Positions 7,657-16,187 are shown, counted from the first letter of the stretch. The stretch is 27,967 bases of DNA from a virus (IMGVR_UViG_3300010358_000011:1-27967), one strand, 5' to 3'. The notes: a model not told the origin generated them from the sequence alone. Numbers and translations: made by a program.

Positions 7657-8262
7657 ATGTATAAAACAGCCTCTGACAAGCAGCACGACCTTCTTCGCAC
7701 GGGAAGTCACGCGACGAAGCCATTGGCAACCGGACGTGCTGATGTGTTGCCGCCTTCCGCTGATCCATGGGCGGCTATCTTTAATGATATTCGCACACAG
7801 CGTCGGATTGCGGTGGAGAATTACGAAACGGCAATGCGCCAACTCAGCGACGCTAACTGGGCGTTGCGGATGGCATCAGACCCAAAGGAACAAAGAGGTC
7901 TGCTACTCAAGCGGCAGGCGATTTTGGTGCGGCGTGATGCTCTGGCACGGCAGCTTGGAGACCTCCGCGCGGAGATTATTCTTGCGGCGCGTTCTTCGCT
8001 GGGGGAGCGGTTTCGCTTTGCGGCCAGCCGCATGCTGTTGCATGAGCAGTATGTCGCAATCAATGAGTCTGCGCGGGAGATCGAGGTCGATCCTGATGTC
8101 ATAAAGTTCGCTGGGGCAAAGGTTACGCCGCATCCCGGTTCTCGTCCGTCGATTGGTAAAATGCTCGAGCGTGGTGCGACAGAAGAGCAGTTAGATAGGG
8201 CACGGACGCAGATGCGTCAGCAAGACAAGCGCAAGGCGCTTCGCAAGCGGCTCATCGGATGA
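7657..8262 (+). CDS. Hypothetical coiled-coil protein (moron-like)
   Basis: 201-aa ORF filling the gap after terL; ATGA coupling to the next gene; visibly more A/T-ending codons than its neighbours. Confidence 0.65.
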   Translation: MYKTASDKQHDLLRTGSHATKPLATGRADVLPPSADPWAAIFNDIRTQRRIAVENYETAMRQLSDANWALRMASDPKEQRGLLLKRQAILVRRDALARQLGDLRAEIILAARSSLGERFRFAASRMLLHEQYVAINESAREIEVDPDVIKFAGAKVTPHPGSRPSIGKMLERGATEEQLDRARTQMRQQDKRKALRKRLIG

Positions 8263-8492
8263 CTGACGCCCCGGACTATCGCACGATGAGCGGCGGGGAG
8301 TTCAAGCACGCGGTCGGCTGCGATCCGGAGCGCTGGGCCGAGGCGTTCCTGCAGCGCGAGGAGCACGAGGCAATGGGTCCGCTGGCGTCGCGCGAGAACC
8401 GGCTGGCACGGCTGCGCGACTGGTTCTCCGATGTGATCCAGGCAGCACGAGACGACGAGCGGCGGTATCGGCCTGAGGGAGAACGTTGGTGA
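8259..8492 (+). CDS. Hypothetical protein
   Basis: 77 aa with GC-rich codon usage, coupled at both ends (ATGA, GTGA). Confidence 0.7.
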   Translation: MTDAPDYRTMSGGEFKHAVGCDPERWAEAFLQREEHEAMGPLASRENRLARLRDWFSDVIQAARDDERRYRPEGERW

Positions 8493-8671
8493 TCGCGAGC
8501 GAGAACGAGCTGCGCCGGCTGAACCACGTCGAGTTGCTGCTGCGCTTCGAGCGTGCGGCGGCCGACTGTCCCGAGGCGGCGATCGAGGCGTTTCGGGCAG
8601 AGTTTGAGCGCTTCGAGGCGCGCATCAGGGCGTTCGCTGCAGTCCATGCGCCGGTGGCCTCAGACGCGTAA
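8489..8671 (+). CDS. Hypothetical protein
   Basis: GTG start overlapping the previous stop, GAGGGAG upstream, helical 60-aa product. Confidence 0.6.
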   Translation: MIASENELRRLNHVELLLRFERAAADCPEAAIEAFRAEFERFEARIRAFAAVHAPVASDA

Positions 8672-8742
8672 TCGACGCGTCGGACAGGGGATGATGTCTG
8701 TTACCTGGAATTTATGGACGCGATCCACATGAGCAACGAAAC

Positions 8743-8919
8743 ATGACACCGGGCGAGCGATTGACAGATGCGGACTACCTGGAAGCGCACATCCTCGCAC
8801 GTATGCTGACTGACAATCCGGGCGACCGCCGGTTGCAGGAGGCGGCTTGGTCCCTCGTCGGCCGGCTGGGCCGTGAAGGCAAGCTATCGGCGCCTGAGCC
8901 ATCCGGGAGCGAAACATGA
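8743..8919 (+). CDS. Small hypothetical protein MTPGERLTDADYLEAHILARMLTDNPGDRRLQEAAWSLVGRLGREGK... (58 aa, not in the ORF track)
   Basis: Read by hand; ATGA overlaps at both ends. Confidence 0.55.
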   Translation: MTPGERLTDADYLEAHILARMLTDNPGDRRLQEAAWSLVGRLGREGKLSAPEPSGSET

Positions 8920-9143
8920 GACGACGCAGACGGCGACCAAGCGTGATTTACCGGAACCAATTGCGCGGCTGGTTGAGCCTCTGCGTGCATCCTGAACAGG
9001 TCGGCCTGGACCCTGGTCAGAAATACTCCGAATTGACCATGGATGACCTAGAAGCGGCGTATCTTTTGGCTGGCGAGGTTTGCTGCCCGCGCGATCCGTG
9101 GCCATTGCCTAAGCCGCCGCGCAGCTATCAGCCGCGGCGCTGA
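8916..9143 (+). CDS. Hypothetical protein
   Basis: GGGAG upstream, ATGA coupling, Arg-rich N-terminus. Confidence 0.5.
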   Translation: MRRRRRRPSVIYRNQLRGWLSLCVHPEQVGLDPGQKYSELTMDDLEAAYLLAGEVCCPRDPWPLPKPPRSYQPRR

Positions 9144-9162
9144 TGTCCGTAAACCGCACTTA

Positions 9163-9228
9163 ATGGACGTAATAATTCTCATCGCATTCCTCGCCTTCGT
9201 CGGCTTCACGCTGGCGCGCTTGAGATAG
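9163..9228 (+). CDS. 21-aa hydrophobic micropeptide MDVIILIAFLAFVGFTLARLR
   Basis: A single transmembrane-like stretch with a basic tail; starts in a TAATG overlap. Confidence 0.45.
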   Translation: MDVIILIAFLAFVGFTLARLR

Positions 9229-9305
9229 CACCGACAGACGAACCGAACTGGCCCAGATCGCCGCGGCAAGGCTCACACAACGGCATGAAATCAACGGCCT
9301 AGATC

Positions 9306-9803
9306 ATGAGCGGCTCGCTCAATACGCTGTTCAACGGCGACATCCCGGACAGCATCTACTCGACCACGCCGAACCAGCTGGGGACGCCATATGGTTATGC
9401 CGGGGTGACTGCGGCAGGTGGCACACCACCCACCGTGGCACCGGCCGCAGCGCCCGCTGGAGCCGCACCAGCCGCGGCTGCGCCGACGCAGCCGATGTCG
9501 GTGACGGACGCGGTGACGCAGTGGGCGAATGCGCAGAACAAGAATGCGTATGGGGTCGATCCGACGACACCGGCGGGACAGCAGCAACTTGGCATTCTCG
9601 GCAGCGCCGGGTTTCCGATGTTCGGCGATCCGCGTACCACGATGGACTACCTCGCACAGATATCGCAGGGCACGGTCACCAACCCCAACATCACCGCACA
9701 GCAGGCGCTGGCGCAGTTCCAGCAGATGCTGGCGCAGCAGAATAACCCAGGCGCTAACCCGTGGGGCGGCAGCAATCCGGATGCCGCGGCAGGACGCTGG
9801 TAG
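9306..9803 (+). CDS. Low-complexity A/G/Q/T/P-rich protein, possibly virion-internal
   Basis: 165 aa, nearly uncharged, PAAAPAGAAPAAAAP linker, Q-rich tail. Confidence 0.65.
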   Translation: MSGSLNTLFNGDIPDSIYSTTPNQLGTPYGYAGVTAAGGTPPTVAPAAAPAGAAPAAAAPTQPMSVTDAVTQWANAQNKNAYGVDPTTPAGQQQLGILGSAGFPMFGDPRTTMDYLAQISQGTVTNPNITAQQALAQFQQMLAQQNNPGANPWGGSNPDAAAGRW

Positions 9804-9812
9804 GAGGACGGT

Positions 9813-10004
9813 ATGGCGAAATCGACAGCCGGTCTCGGGCCGAAGGGCAAGGCTAAGGTAAGCACTGTCATGCATGAGTATGGCAAAGGCGATCTGCACA
9901 GCGGGTCGGCGAAAGGCCCCGTGGTGAAGAACCAGCGCCAAGCGGTCGCGATCGCATTGAACGAGGCACGCAAGACGTCGCGCGCGGGGCGTAGTCGGCC
10001 ATGA
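9813..10004 (+). CDS. DUF6496-like small basic protein
   Basis: KV..VMHEY..G.LHSGS..GP.VK...QAVAIAL.EAR; RBS AGGAGG. Confidence 0.85.
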   Translation: MAKSTAGLGPKGKAKVSTVMHEYGKGDLHSGSAKGPVVKNQRQAVAIALNEARKTSRAGRSRP

Positions 10005-10279
10005 CCGACAGTCACCTCAAGGAGCAATACGCCAATCCCTTCGCGGCCGAGCAGGCGCGGCGCAAGCTGCAGAAGCTGACCGAGCAGCACTACCACGGCA
10101 ACGGCATGCACCCGCCCGACCGCACCGCCGAGACGCTGGACGCGATGCTGCTGGCGATCGACGGATTGCGCGCGGCGGTGAAGCAGATGAACGCCGCACT
10201 GGTGGAGATGCGGGCGCACGCTGAGCCGAAGGTGGTGACCATGCCAGCAAGAGCGCTGAGGCACGGCTCGCCGCAGTGA
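10001..10279 (+). CDS. Hypothetical protein
   Basis: ATGA coupling; ends 1 nt before the portal start. Confidence 0.7.
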   Translation: MTDSHLKEQYANPFAAEQARRKLQKLTEQHYHGNGMHPPDRTAETLDAMLLAIDGLRAAVKQMNAALVEMRAHAEPKVVTMPARALRHGSPQ

Positions 10280-10280
10280 C

Positions 10281-12452
10281 ATGAGCGCCTCGCTTACCGT
10301 CATCAGCAGAGACCAGGGCGACCAGTGGCCGGTCGCCGTGCGCGACCTCGACGCGGGCGCCGACGACTTCCCGCGCGATCCCGACGAGCAGCATAAGCGC
10401 CTCGTCCAGTGGTTCGAGGAAGCCGAGCGATCGGGCATGGAGGCACGTGAGTTAGCTGAGCGCGACCGTGCATACTTGGACGGCGAGCAGTGGACACCGG
10501 ATGAGTTGGAGGAGCTGAAGAAACGCGGCCAGCCCGCTATCGTCGTCAACTGGATCAGGCGGAAAGTCGACCTGCTGGGCGGACTGGAGCGGAAGGCACG
10601 CACAGACCCCAAAGCATTCGCCAGAACGCCGTCGGAAGACGACCGCGCGGACGCAGCGACACAGGCATTGCGATACGTCGCCGACGACAACGACTTCCAG
10701 GTGCTGAGGTCGGCGGTCTTCGAGAACATCCTGGTCGAAGGCGCGGGAGGCATCGAGATCAGTCTGGAGGACGACGGACGAGGGGGCGCCAACATCACCT
10801 ACACCCAAGTGCCGTGGGATCGCCTGTGGTGGGACCCGCACAGCCGCTCGCCCGATTTCCTCGATGCGAGATACGTCGGGATCGTGATCTGGATGGATAA
10901 GGACCAGTTGGTCGACATGTATCCGGAGCGAGGCGGCCTCATCGACGATACATTCGCGCAGGGCGATGCCACCGGGCAGTATCAGGATCGGCCGTATGAC
11001 GTGGCGTGGCTCGATACGCGCCGGCGACGGACCCGCGTGGTGCAGTGCTACTGGAAGGACGGGGACACGCATTGGGGTGCCACGTTTACTCGTATCGGCT
11101 ATCTGACCGATCCATGGCGCTCGCCATTCAAAGACAAGCGCGGCAAGAGCGGGTGCCCGTTGGTGCTGCAAAGCGCCTATGTCGATCAGGAGAACAACCG
11201 CTACGGCGCCGTGCGCGATTGGATCAGCCTGCAAGACGAAATCAATAAGCGGCGCTCCAAGGCGTTGCATCTTCTATCAGTCGCCCAGGTGGTCGCTGAA
11301 CAGGGCGCGGTCACGGATGTCGATAAGGCACGGCGCGAGGTGGCGCGGCCGGATGGCTACATTGAGGTGATGCCCGGGCTGAAGTTCGAGGTGCAGCGTG
11401 GCAACGACCTGGCGACCGGACAGTGGCAACTCCTGCAACATGCCACACAGGAGATGCAGCTCGCCGGGCCGAACGCGGCGATGTCTGGCACCGATCCGCG
11501 CGAGTTGTCGGGCAGGGCCATCTTGGCGCAGCAGGCGGGCGGTGCGGTGCAGAACGAGCCGTTGGCCGACAGCCTGCGCATGTGGGCACGGCGTGTGTAT
11601 GAAATGTCGTGGCAGGCGGTGCGGCAGTTCTGGACCGGCGGGAAGTGGGTGCGCGTGACCGATGATCTCGGTTCGCTGCGCTGGGTCGGCGTCAACGTGC
11701 CGATCAGGCTGATGGACGAACTGGCCAATATGCCGGCGCCGAACCGCGCCATGGTCATGCAGAACATGCAACTGGTGCCGGGCGATCCGCGTCTCCAGCA
11801 GGTTATCCGCATCGAGAACGACATCACCGATCTGGACGTGGACATAACCGTGGCCGAGGGCCAGGACGTGCCGACGCTACAGGCCGAGACGTTCCAGAGC
11901 CTGATCCAGTTGGCGAGCATGCAGCCGGGGCTGATCCCGGGCGATGTGCTGATTGCGGCCTCGAGCCTGCGCAACAAGGACGACCTGCTGAAGCGGATGC
12001 AGGAGCACCAGCAGCAGCAGGGCGCTATGGCCGCACAGGCAGCGCAGAAGCAGGGCGCCAAGATGGACGCGGCCACCGCTAAGGACCAATCAACCGCTGC
12101 GGCGAATTTCGCACTGGCCAAGGAACGCAACGTCAACAGCGTGCGCAACATCCACGACATGCATGCGGACTTTACCGCACCGCCAGCCGGGCAATCATGG
12201 GTCGCGCCGGACAATCCGCCAGGGGCATCGCAACCCCCATTCGACCCCGAGCAGATGACGCCGGACATGGCGTTGGCCCATCAAGTGGCCGACCTGGCGA
12301 AGAAGCGCGCCGACATCGCCAACACGCAGGCGAGCACAGCGCTGACGACGGCCAAGATACCGCAGACCATGCACCAGACGGCGAACACGATGGTGCAGAC
12401 TAACCGGTTGGCGCGCACGCCTATTCCACAGCCTGGGCAGTCAGCGCCCTAA
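10281..12452 (+). CDS. Portal protein (P22-like)
   Basis: YLDGEQW....L..RGQP....NWI..KVD...G.E, WWDPHSR..DF.DARY, YG.VR...S.QDEINKRRSK, SGRAI.AQQ.GG, NDI...DVDI.V.EG; 723 aa with a Q/A-rich C-terminus. Confidence 0.92.
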   Translation: MSASLTVISRDQGDQWPVAVRDLDAGADDFPRDPDEQHKRLVQWFEEAERSGMEARELAERDRAYLDGEQWTPDELEELKKRGQPAIVVNWIRRKVDLLGGLERKARTDPKAFARTPSEDDRADAATQALRYVADDNDFQVLRSAVFENILVEGAGGIEISLEDDGRGGANITYTQVPWDRLWWDPHSRSPDFLDARYVGIVIWMDKDQLVDMYPERGGLIDDTFAQGDATGQYQDRPYDVAWLDTRRRRTRVVQCYWKDGDTHWGATFTRIGYLTDPWRSPFKDKRGKSGCPLVLQSAYVDQENNRYGAVRDWISLQDEINKRRSKALHLLSVAQVVAEQGAVTDVDKARREVARPDGYIEVMPGLKFEVQRGNDLATGQWQLLQHATQEMQLAGPNAAMSGTDPRELSGRAILAQQAGGAVQNEPLADSLRMWARRVYEMSWQAVRQFWTGGKWVRVTDDLGSLRWVGVNVPIRLMDELANMPAPNRAMVMQNMQLVPGDPRLQQVIRIENDITDLDVDITVAEGQDVPTLQAETFQSLIQLASMQPGLIPGDVLIAASSLRNKDDLLKRMQEHQQQQGAMAAQAAQKQGAKMDAATAKDQSTAAANFALAKERNVNSVRNIHDMHADFTAPPAGQSWVAPDNPPGASQPPFDPEQMTPDMALAHQVADLAKKRADIANTQASTALTTAKIPQTMHQTANTMVQTNRLARTPIPQPGQSAP

Positions 12453-12473
12453 CCACACCACGGAGACCAGACC

Positions 12474-12782
12474 ATGCCAGCAACCGCAACCCGCGGGGCA
12501 CAGGTGGTGCTCGACGGCGACAACCAGAAGATCGCCCGCGGAACCTATGCCCCGACGTTCGACGCCAACCACACCGCAATGCGCAATTCACACGCCGCCG
12601 GCACCAACCCAGACGGCAACAAACCAGACGGCTCGACACGCAGCGGCGGTGCGGCCACCGAATACCTGACCGGGCAGTCGCCGCTGGGGAACTTCGCCAA
12701 TGACGCAGCCGCGGCAACCGGCGGCGTCGCCATCGGCCAGACCTACAGGAACGGCAGCACCGTGATGGTGCGAGTAGCGTAG
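12474..12782 (+). CDS. Small putative virion protein
   Basis: RBS GGAG. C-terminal FANDAAAATGGVAIGQTYRNG is a motif seen in phage structural proteins; lies between portal and scaffold. Confidence 0.7.
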   Translation: MPATATRGAQVVLDGDNQKIARGTYAPTFDANHTAMRNSHAAGTNPDGNKPDGSTRSGGAATEYLTGQSPLGNFANDAAAATGGVAIGQTYRNGSTVMVRVA

Positions 12783-12784
12783 CC

Positions 12785-13672
12785 ATGCCGAAAGAGAACG
12801 AGCAGTTGGAGACCTTCCTCGCGGAGGTCCAGCAGGACGCCCAAGCGCGCGCCCAGGAGGCCCCGCAGGAGGCGCCGCCAGAGTCCATGCCGCCACCCAC
12901 GCCCGAGAAGCCGGTCGAGGCGCCCAAGGAGGCTCCCAAGCCCGCTACGGAGCTGGAGGACGACGAGCCCGAGCAGGTCGAAGACCAGAACGGCCTCGTG
13001 CCGCGCCAGGCGCTGGATCGCGAACGCCACCGCCGTGTGCAGTGGAAGGAGAAATTTGCGCGGGCTGAAGCACTTGCAGAGGAAAGGCAAAAGCGGCTTG
13101 ACGTGCTTGAAAAAGCACAGAAGGCATCACCGCCGCCGCCACAGCAGCAACAGCCGCAATACATACCGCCGCCGGACTTCAACCAGAACCCGGGCGGGTA
13201 TTTGGCTTACATGGTCGAAACCCAGCAGAAGCAGATACTCAACGAGCGGCTGAACATCAGCGAGGCATTCATCAGGGATAAGATCGGCGACGAGAAGCTG
13301 GACGCGTATGTGAGCGACTTTCGCAACGCCGCCGAGGCTGATCCGGAACTGTGGAAAAAGCTGTATTCCCAGCCTAACCCATACGGGTGGCTGATGCGCC
13401 AGATGGATACCTGGCGGATGCATCGCGACATCGGCAACGACCCCGACGCATACCGCGCCAAGATCGTGGCCGAGGAGCGGGCGAAGTGGGAGCAAGAGGT
13501 GACCTCCGCCTCCCGGACTGCTCCTGCCTCGCCCGCTGCCCACCTGCCGCCGTCGCTCGCCAATGTGCGCAGCGTCGCGTCACGCTCCGAGCCGTCGTTC
13601 AGCGGGCCGCCGTCCGATGCCGACGTGCTTGCACCGATCCAGCAGCGCAAGGGCGGTCAGTATCGCTGGTAG
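12785..13672 (+). CDS. Capsid scaffolding protein
   Basis: Acidic, Pro-rich N-terminus, VP..AL..ER..R coiled coil, IG.DPDAY, PPSLA; immediately upstream of the capsid gene. Confidence 0.8.
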   Translation: MPKENEQLETFLAEVQQDAQARAQEAPQEAPPESMPPPTPEKPVEAPKEAPKPATELEDDEPEQVEDQNGLVPRQALDRERHRRVQWKEKFARAEALAEERQKRLDVLEKAQKASPPPPQQQQPQYIPPPDFNQNPGGYLAYMVETQQKQILNERLNISEAFIRDKIGDEKLDAYVSDFRNAAEADPELWKKLYSQPNPYGWLMRQMDTWRMHRDIGNDPDAYRAKIVAEERAKWEQEVTSASRTAPASPAAHLPPSLANVRSVASRSEPSFSGPPSDADVLAPIQQRKGGQYRW

Positions 13673-13685
13673 CCGTGCCGTGCCT

Positions 13686-13806
13686 ACCGGTCGCCTCGGT
13701 TAAGGGCGTTTCGAGGGTCGCCGCCTCGTAATAAGCGGGCGTTTCGACCACCGTCCGGGTCGTTGAATCGGGCATCCTGAAAGTTCAACCAAATACAGGA
13801 GTGCCC
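13686..13806 (+). promoter_or_regulatory. Putative structured cis-regulatory RNA: three tandem pseudoknots plus an SD-sequestering hairpin
   Basis: Base pairings listed in findings; linker GGGCGTTTCGA repeated at 13704 and 13737. Confidence 0.65.
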
Positions 13807-13811
13807 TGCCT

Positions 13812-14933
13812 ATGGCAGATATGAATGTTACACCGGCCCGACCTAATCTAACCCCAATTATTTGGGATAGCGAATTCTGGGTTGAGTATATTAGACGAAA
13901 TCAGTTCTCGGTTTATTTTGGGACTACCGAGAACGCCATGATACAATTACAGACGGACCTTACAAGGAAAAACGGCGATAGTGTGATGTTCCCGATGGTC
14001 CGGAACCTCGTGGGAGCCGGGGTTACTGGGAATACTATCCTAGAGGGCAATGAGGAAATCCTCAACGCCCGGTCGCTGAAGCTCACCGTCACCGCGTTCC
14101 GTCATGCGGTCGCAGTGTCCGACTGGGACACCCAGAAGTCGGTCATCGACCTGCGCAACGCCGCACGCACCGTGCTCATCAACTGGAGCACAGCAAAACT
14201 CCGCAATGACATCATCAGCAGTCTCGGTGCGATCACCGGAGATGCCTACCTGCAGGTCTCCTACGGCGCGGCTACCGCAGCCCAGCGCAACACCTGGACC
14301 ACGAACAACTGGGTCTCGCCGGTCAACCGCGTGCTCTATGGACATCTGAAGTCCAACGGATCGTCCAACGTCATGGCCACGGCGCTGGCCACGATTGCAC
14401 CAGCCTCCGACCTGCTCAGCTCGTCCATTATCACGCTGGCCAAGCGCATGGCCCGCACCGCTAGCCCAGCCATCCGCCCGCTCCGCATCAATAACGACGA
14501 GGAGTGGTATGTGATGTTCGTCCCGTCGCTGGCGTTCCGCGACCTGATGAAGGACACGGTGATAACGAACGCGCTGCAATATGCGTGGAACCGCGGCAGC
14601 GACAACCCGCTGTTCACGGCAGGGGATATCCTTTTTGATGGCGTGATCATTAGGGAAATCCCCGAACTGCCGATCCTGACCGGCGTCGGCTCCGGCCCGT
14701 CCGACGTCGGTGCCTGCTACCTCTGCGGCGCACAGGCACTCGGCATCGCCTACGCACAGCGAACCACGAGCACAACTAATACGAGGGATTATGGCTACAT
14801 GCATGGGGTCGGCATCCAGGAGATGCGCGGCGTGGGCAAACTCCGCTTCGGTGTCGACCCGACAACGGATGAGAACAAGCCCGTGGACAATGGTGTGGTC
14901 ACCGTCTTCGTGAGCACTCCGCCAGACGCATAA
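13812..14933 (+). CDS. Major capsid protein (DUF4043 / N4-gp56 type)
   Basis: DL....GD.V.F..V..L.G.GVTG...LEGNEE.L......L.V...RHAV, DNPLF..G....DGVII.E, GAQALG.A, D.G...GVG; RBS AGGAG. Confidence 0.92.
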   Translation: MADMNVTPARPNLTPIIWDSEFWVEYIRRNQFSVYFGTTENAMIQLQTDLTRKNGDSVMFPMVRNLVGAGVTGNTILEGNEEILNARSLKLTVTAFRHAVAVSDWDTQKSVIDLRNAARTVLINWSTAKLRNDIISSLGAITGDAYLQVSYGAATAAQRNTWTTNNWVSPVNRVLYGHLKSNGSSNVMATALATIAPASDLLSSSIITLAKRMARTASPAIRPLRINNDEEWYVMFVPSLAFRDLMKDTVITNALQYAWNRGSDNPLFTAGDILFDGVIIREIPELPILTGVGSGPSDVGACYLCGAQALGIAYAQRTTSTTNTRDYGYMHGVGIQEMRGVGKLRFGVDPTTDENKPVDNGVVTVFVSTPPDA

Positions 14934-14943
14934 GGAGCAAGCC

Positions 14944-15270
14944 ATGTCAGGCACAACGTCCGAAGCACCCAAGCCCGATCCGGATCGCGCCAAGGCAACG
15001 CAAGGCGCGCAGGTCGTGCTCGATCCGAAGAGCGATGCCGCCCTCGGCGCAAAGGGCGGCGCGTTCAGCAACATCGAGGAAAACACCAACTTCCGCAACG
15101 CCGGGCTGATTGCCGCGCACCTCGACCCACTCGGGCCCAGCGCGCAACTCACCGACCTGCCGCCCGATACGCCCGCGCCGATCGTGCCCGTTGTCGCAAG
15201 CACGACCGGTGCCGATACCGTGACCGGCGGGGCAGGGAACGACACCACCAGCGGCGGGACTGGCGTTTAG
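14944..15270 (+). CDS. Hypothetical virion protein sharing a motif with 12474-12782
   Basis: Strong RBS TAAGGAG; ATQGAQVVLD motif. Confidence 0.75.
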   Translation: MSGTTSEAPKPDPDRAKATQGAQVVLDPKSDAALGAKGGAFSNIEENTNFRNAGLIAAHLDPLGPSAQLTDLPPDTPAPIVPVVASTTGADTVTGGAGNDTTSGGTGV

Positions 15271-15273
15271 GCA

Positions 15274-15540
15274 ATGCTGGGGCGGCTCAATCCGCTGATG
15301 CCGGGGGCCGTCCCAGCTATCAACGACTTCACGTCGCGACTGCCACCTGCTGTCGGCACCGCCGACCCGAACATGGTTGCGAACCCATACATTGATCCTG
15401 GTTATGCAATGCCGAACGTTGACCTTGGCAATCTCAATCAGGCGCCAGGGCAAGAGGTAAGCGGCTGGCTACCAGCCTCAGCACAGATGAACCCATTGCT
15501 GCTGCGCTACCTCTACATGCTTAGCAAGAGGCAGACCTGA
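15274..15540 (+). CDS. Hypothetical Pro/Asn-rich protein
   Basis: Fills the gap; TGATG overlap with the next gene. Confidence 0.55.
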   Translation: MLGRLNPLMPGAVPAINDFTSRLPPAVGTADPNMVANPYIDPGYAMPNVDLGNLNQAPGQEVSGWLPASAQMNPLLLRYLYMLSKRQT

Positions 15541-16184
15541 TGACCGTCTCCGTCTCCACCATCGCGGAACGCACGCTGCGTCGTCTCGGCGTGTCCATCG
15601 TGCCGCTGGACGACAGTCCCGTCATGACGGAGATGGTGCCGGTCGCCACCATCGCGACGATGGCGCTCACCGAGCTGGGCGTCATCGCCGCCGATGAAAC
15701 ACCAAGCGCAAGTGACCAGGCGCTGGCGTTGGATAAGGTGGCGAGCGTCCATGCGGCGCTCGATGCGCAGGGCCTCGTGTGGTGGGACGCGACCGCAGTG
15801 CCGCGGGCGTTCGTCGAGGAATATACGAAACTGACCTCGCAGGCTGCGGCGTCGTCCTTCGGCAAGAGCGGCGATCCGCAGTTGGTGACGTTTCTCGAGG
15901 CGCGGGTGCGACGCGGAGCGATGGAGTTGTCCGGCCACGACATTGCCGTCGAGGCGGTGATGGCGGTGCATAACAACCTGCTCGCGCGTGGCCTCGCACG
16001 CTGGTCGTCGCAGGACATCCCCGAGTGGGCGGCCCCATCGTATGAGGTGATCGCCGCCGACTACTGCGCACCCAAGTTCGACAAGCAGGTGGACAACGAC
16101 GACCTGACGATGGCGTGGCGGGCGCTCGCCCAGATCATCGCACTGCCGACGTCAGGGCAAACAGTTCAGGCACAATACTTCTAA
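15540..16184 (+). CDS. Head-tail adaptor (P22 gp4-like) with internal duplication
   Basis: AL.ELGVIAADETPSASDQ..AL......L...G..WW...VP; position after the capsid; C-terminal QAQYF. Confidence 0.65.
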   Translation: MTVSVSTIAERTLRRLGVSIVPLDDSPVMTEMVPVATIATMALTELGVIAADETPSASDQALALDKVASVHAALDAQGLVWWDATAVPRAFVEEYTKLTSQAAASSFGKSGDPQLVTFLEARVRRGAMELSGHDIAVEAVMAVHNNLLARGLARWSSQDIPEWAAPSYEVIAADYCAPKFDKQVDNDDLTMAWRALAQIIALPTSGQTVQAQYF

Positions 16185-16187
16185 GCC

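Noticed and set aside
15208-15260. RTX calcium-binding repeat (GADTVTGGAGNDT)
   Set aside because: Only one to two nonapeptide-like units, too few to call an RTX domain, and no type I secretion context.
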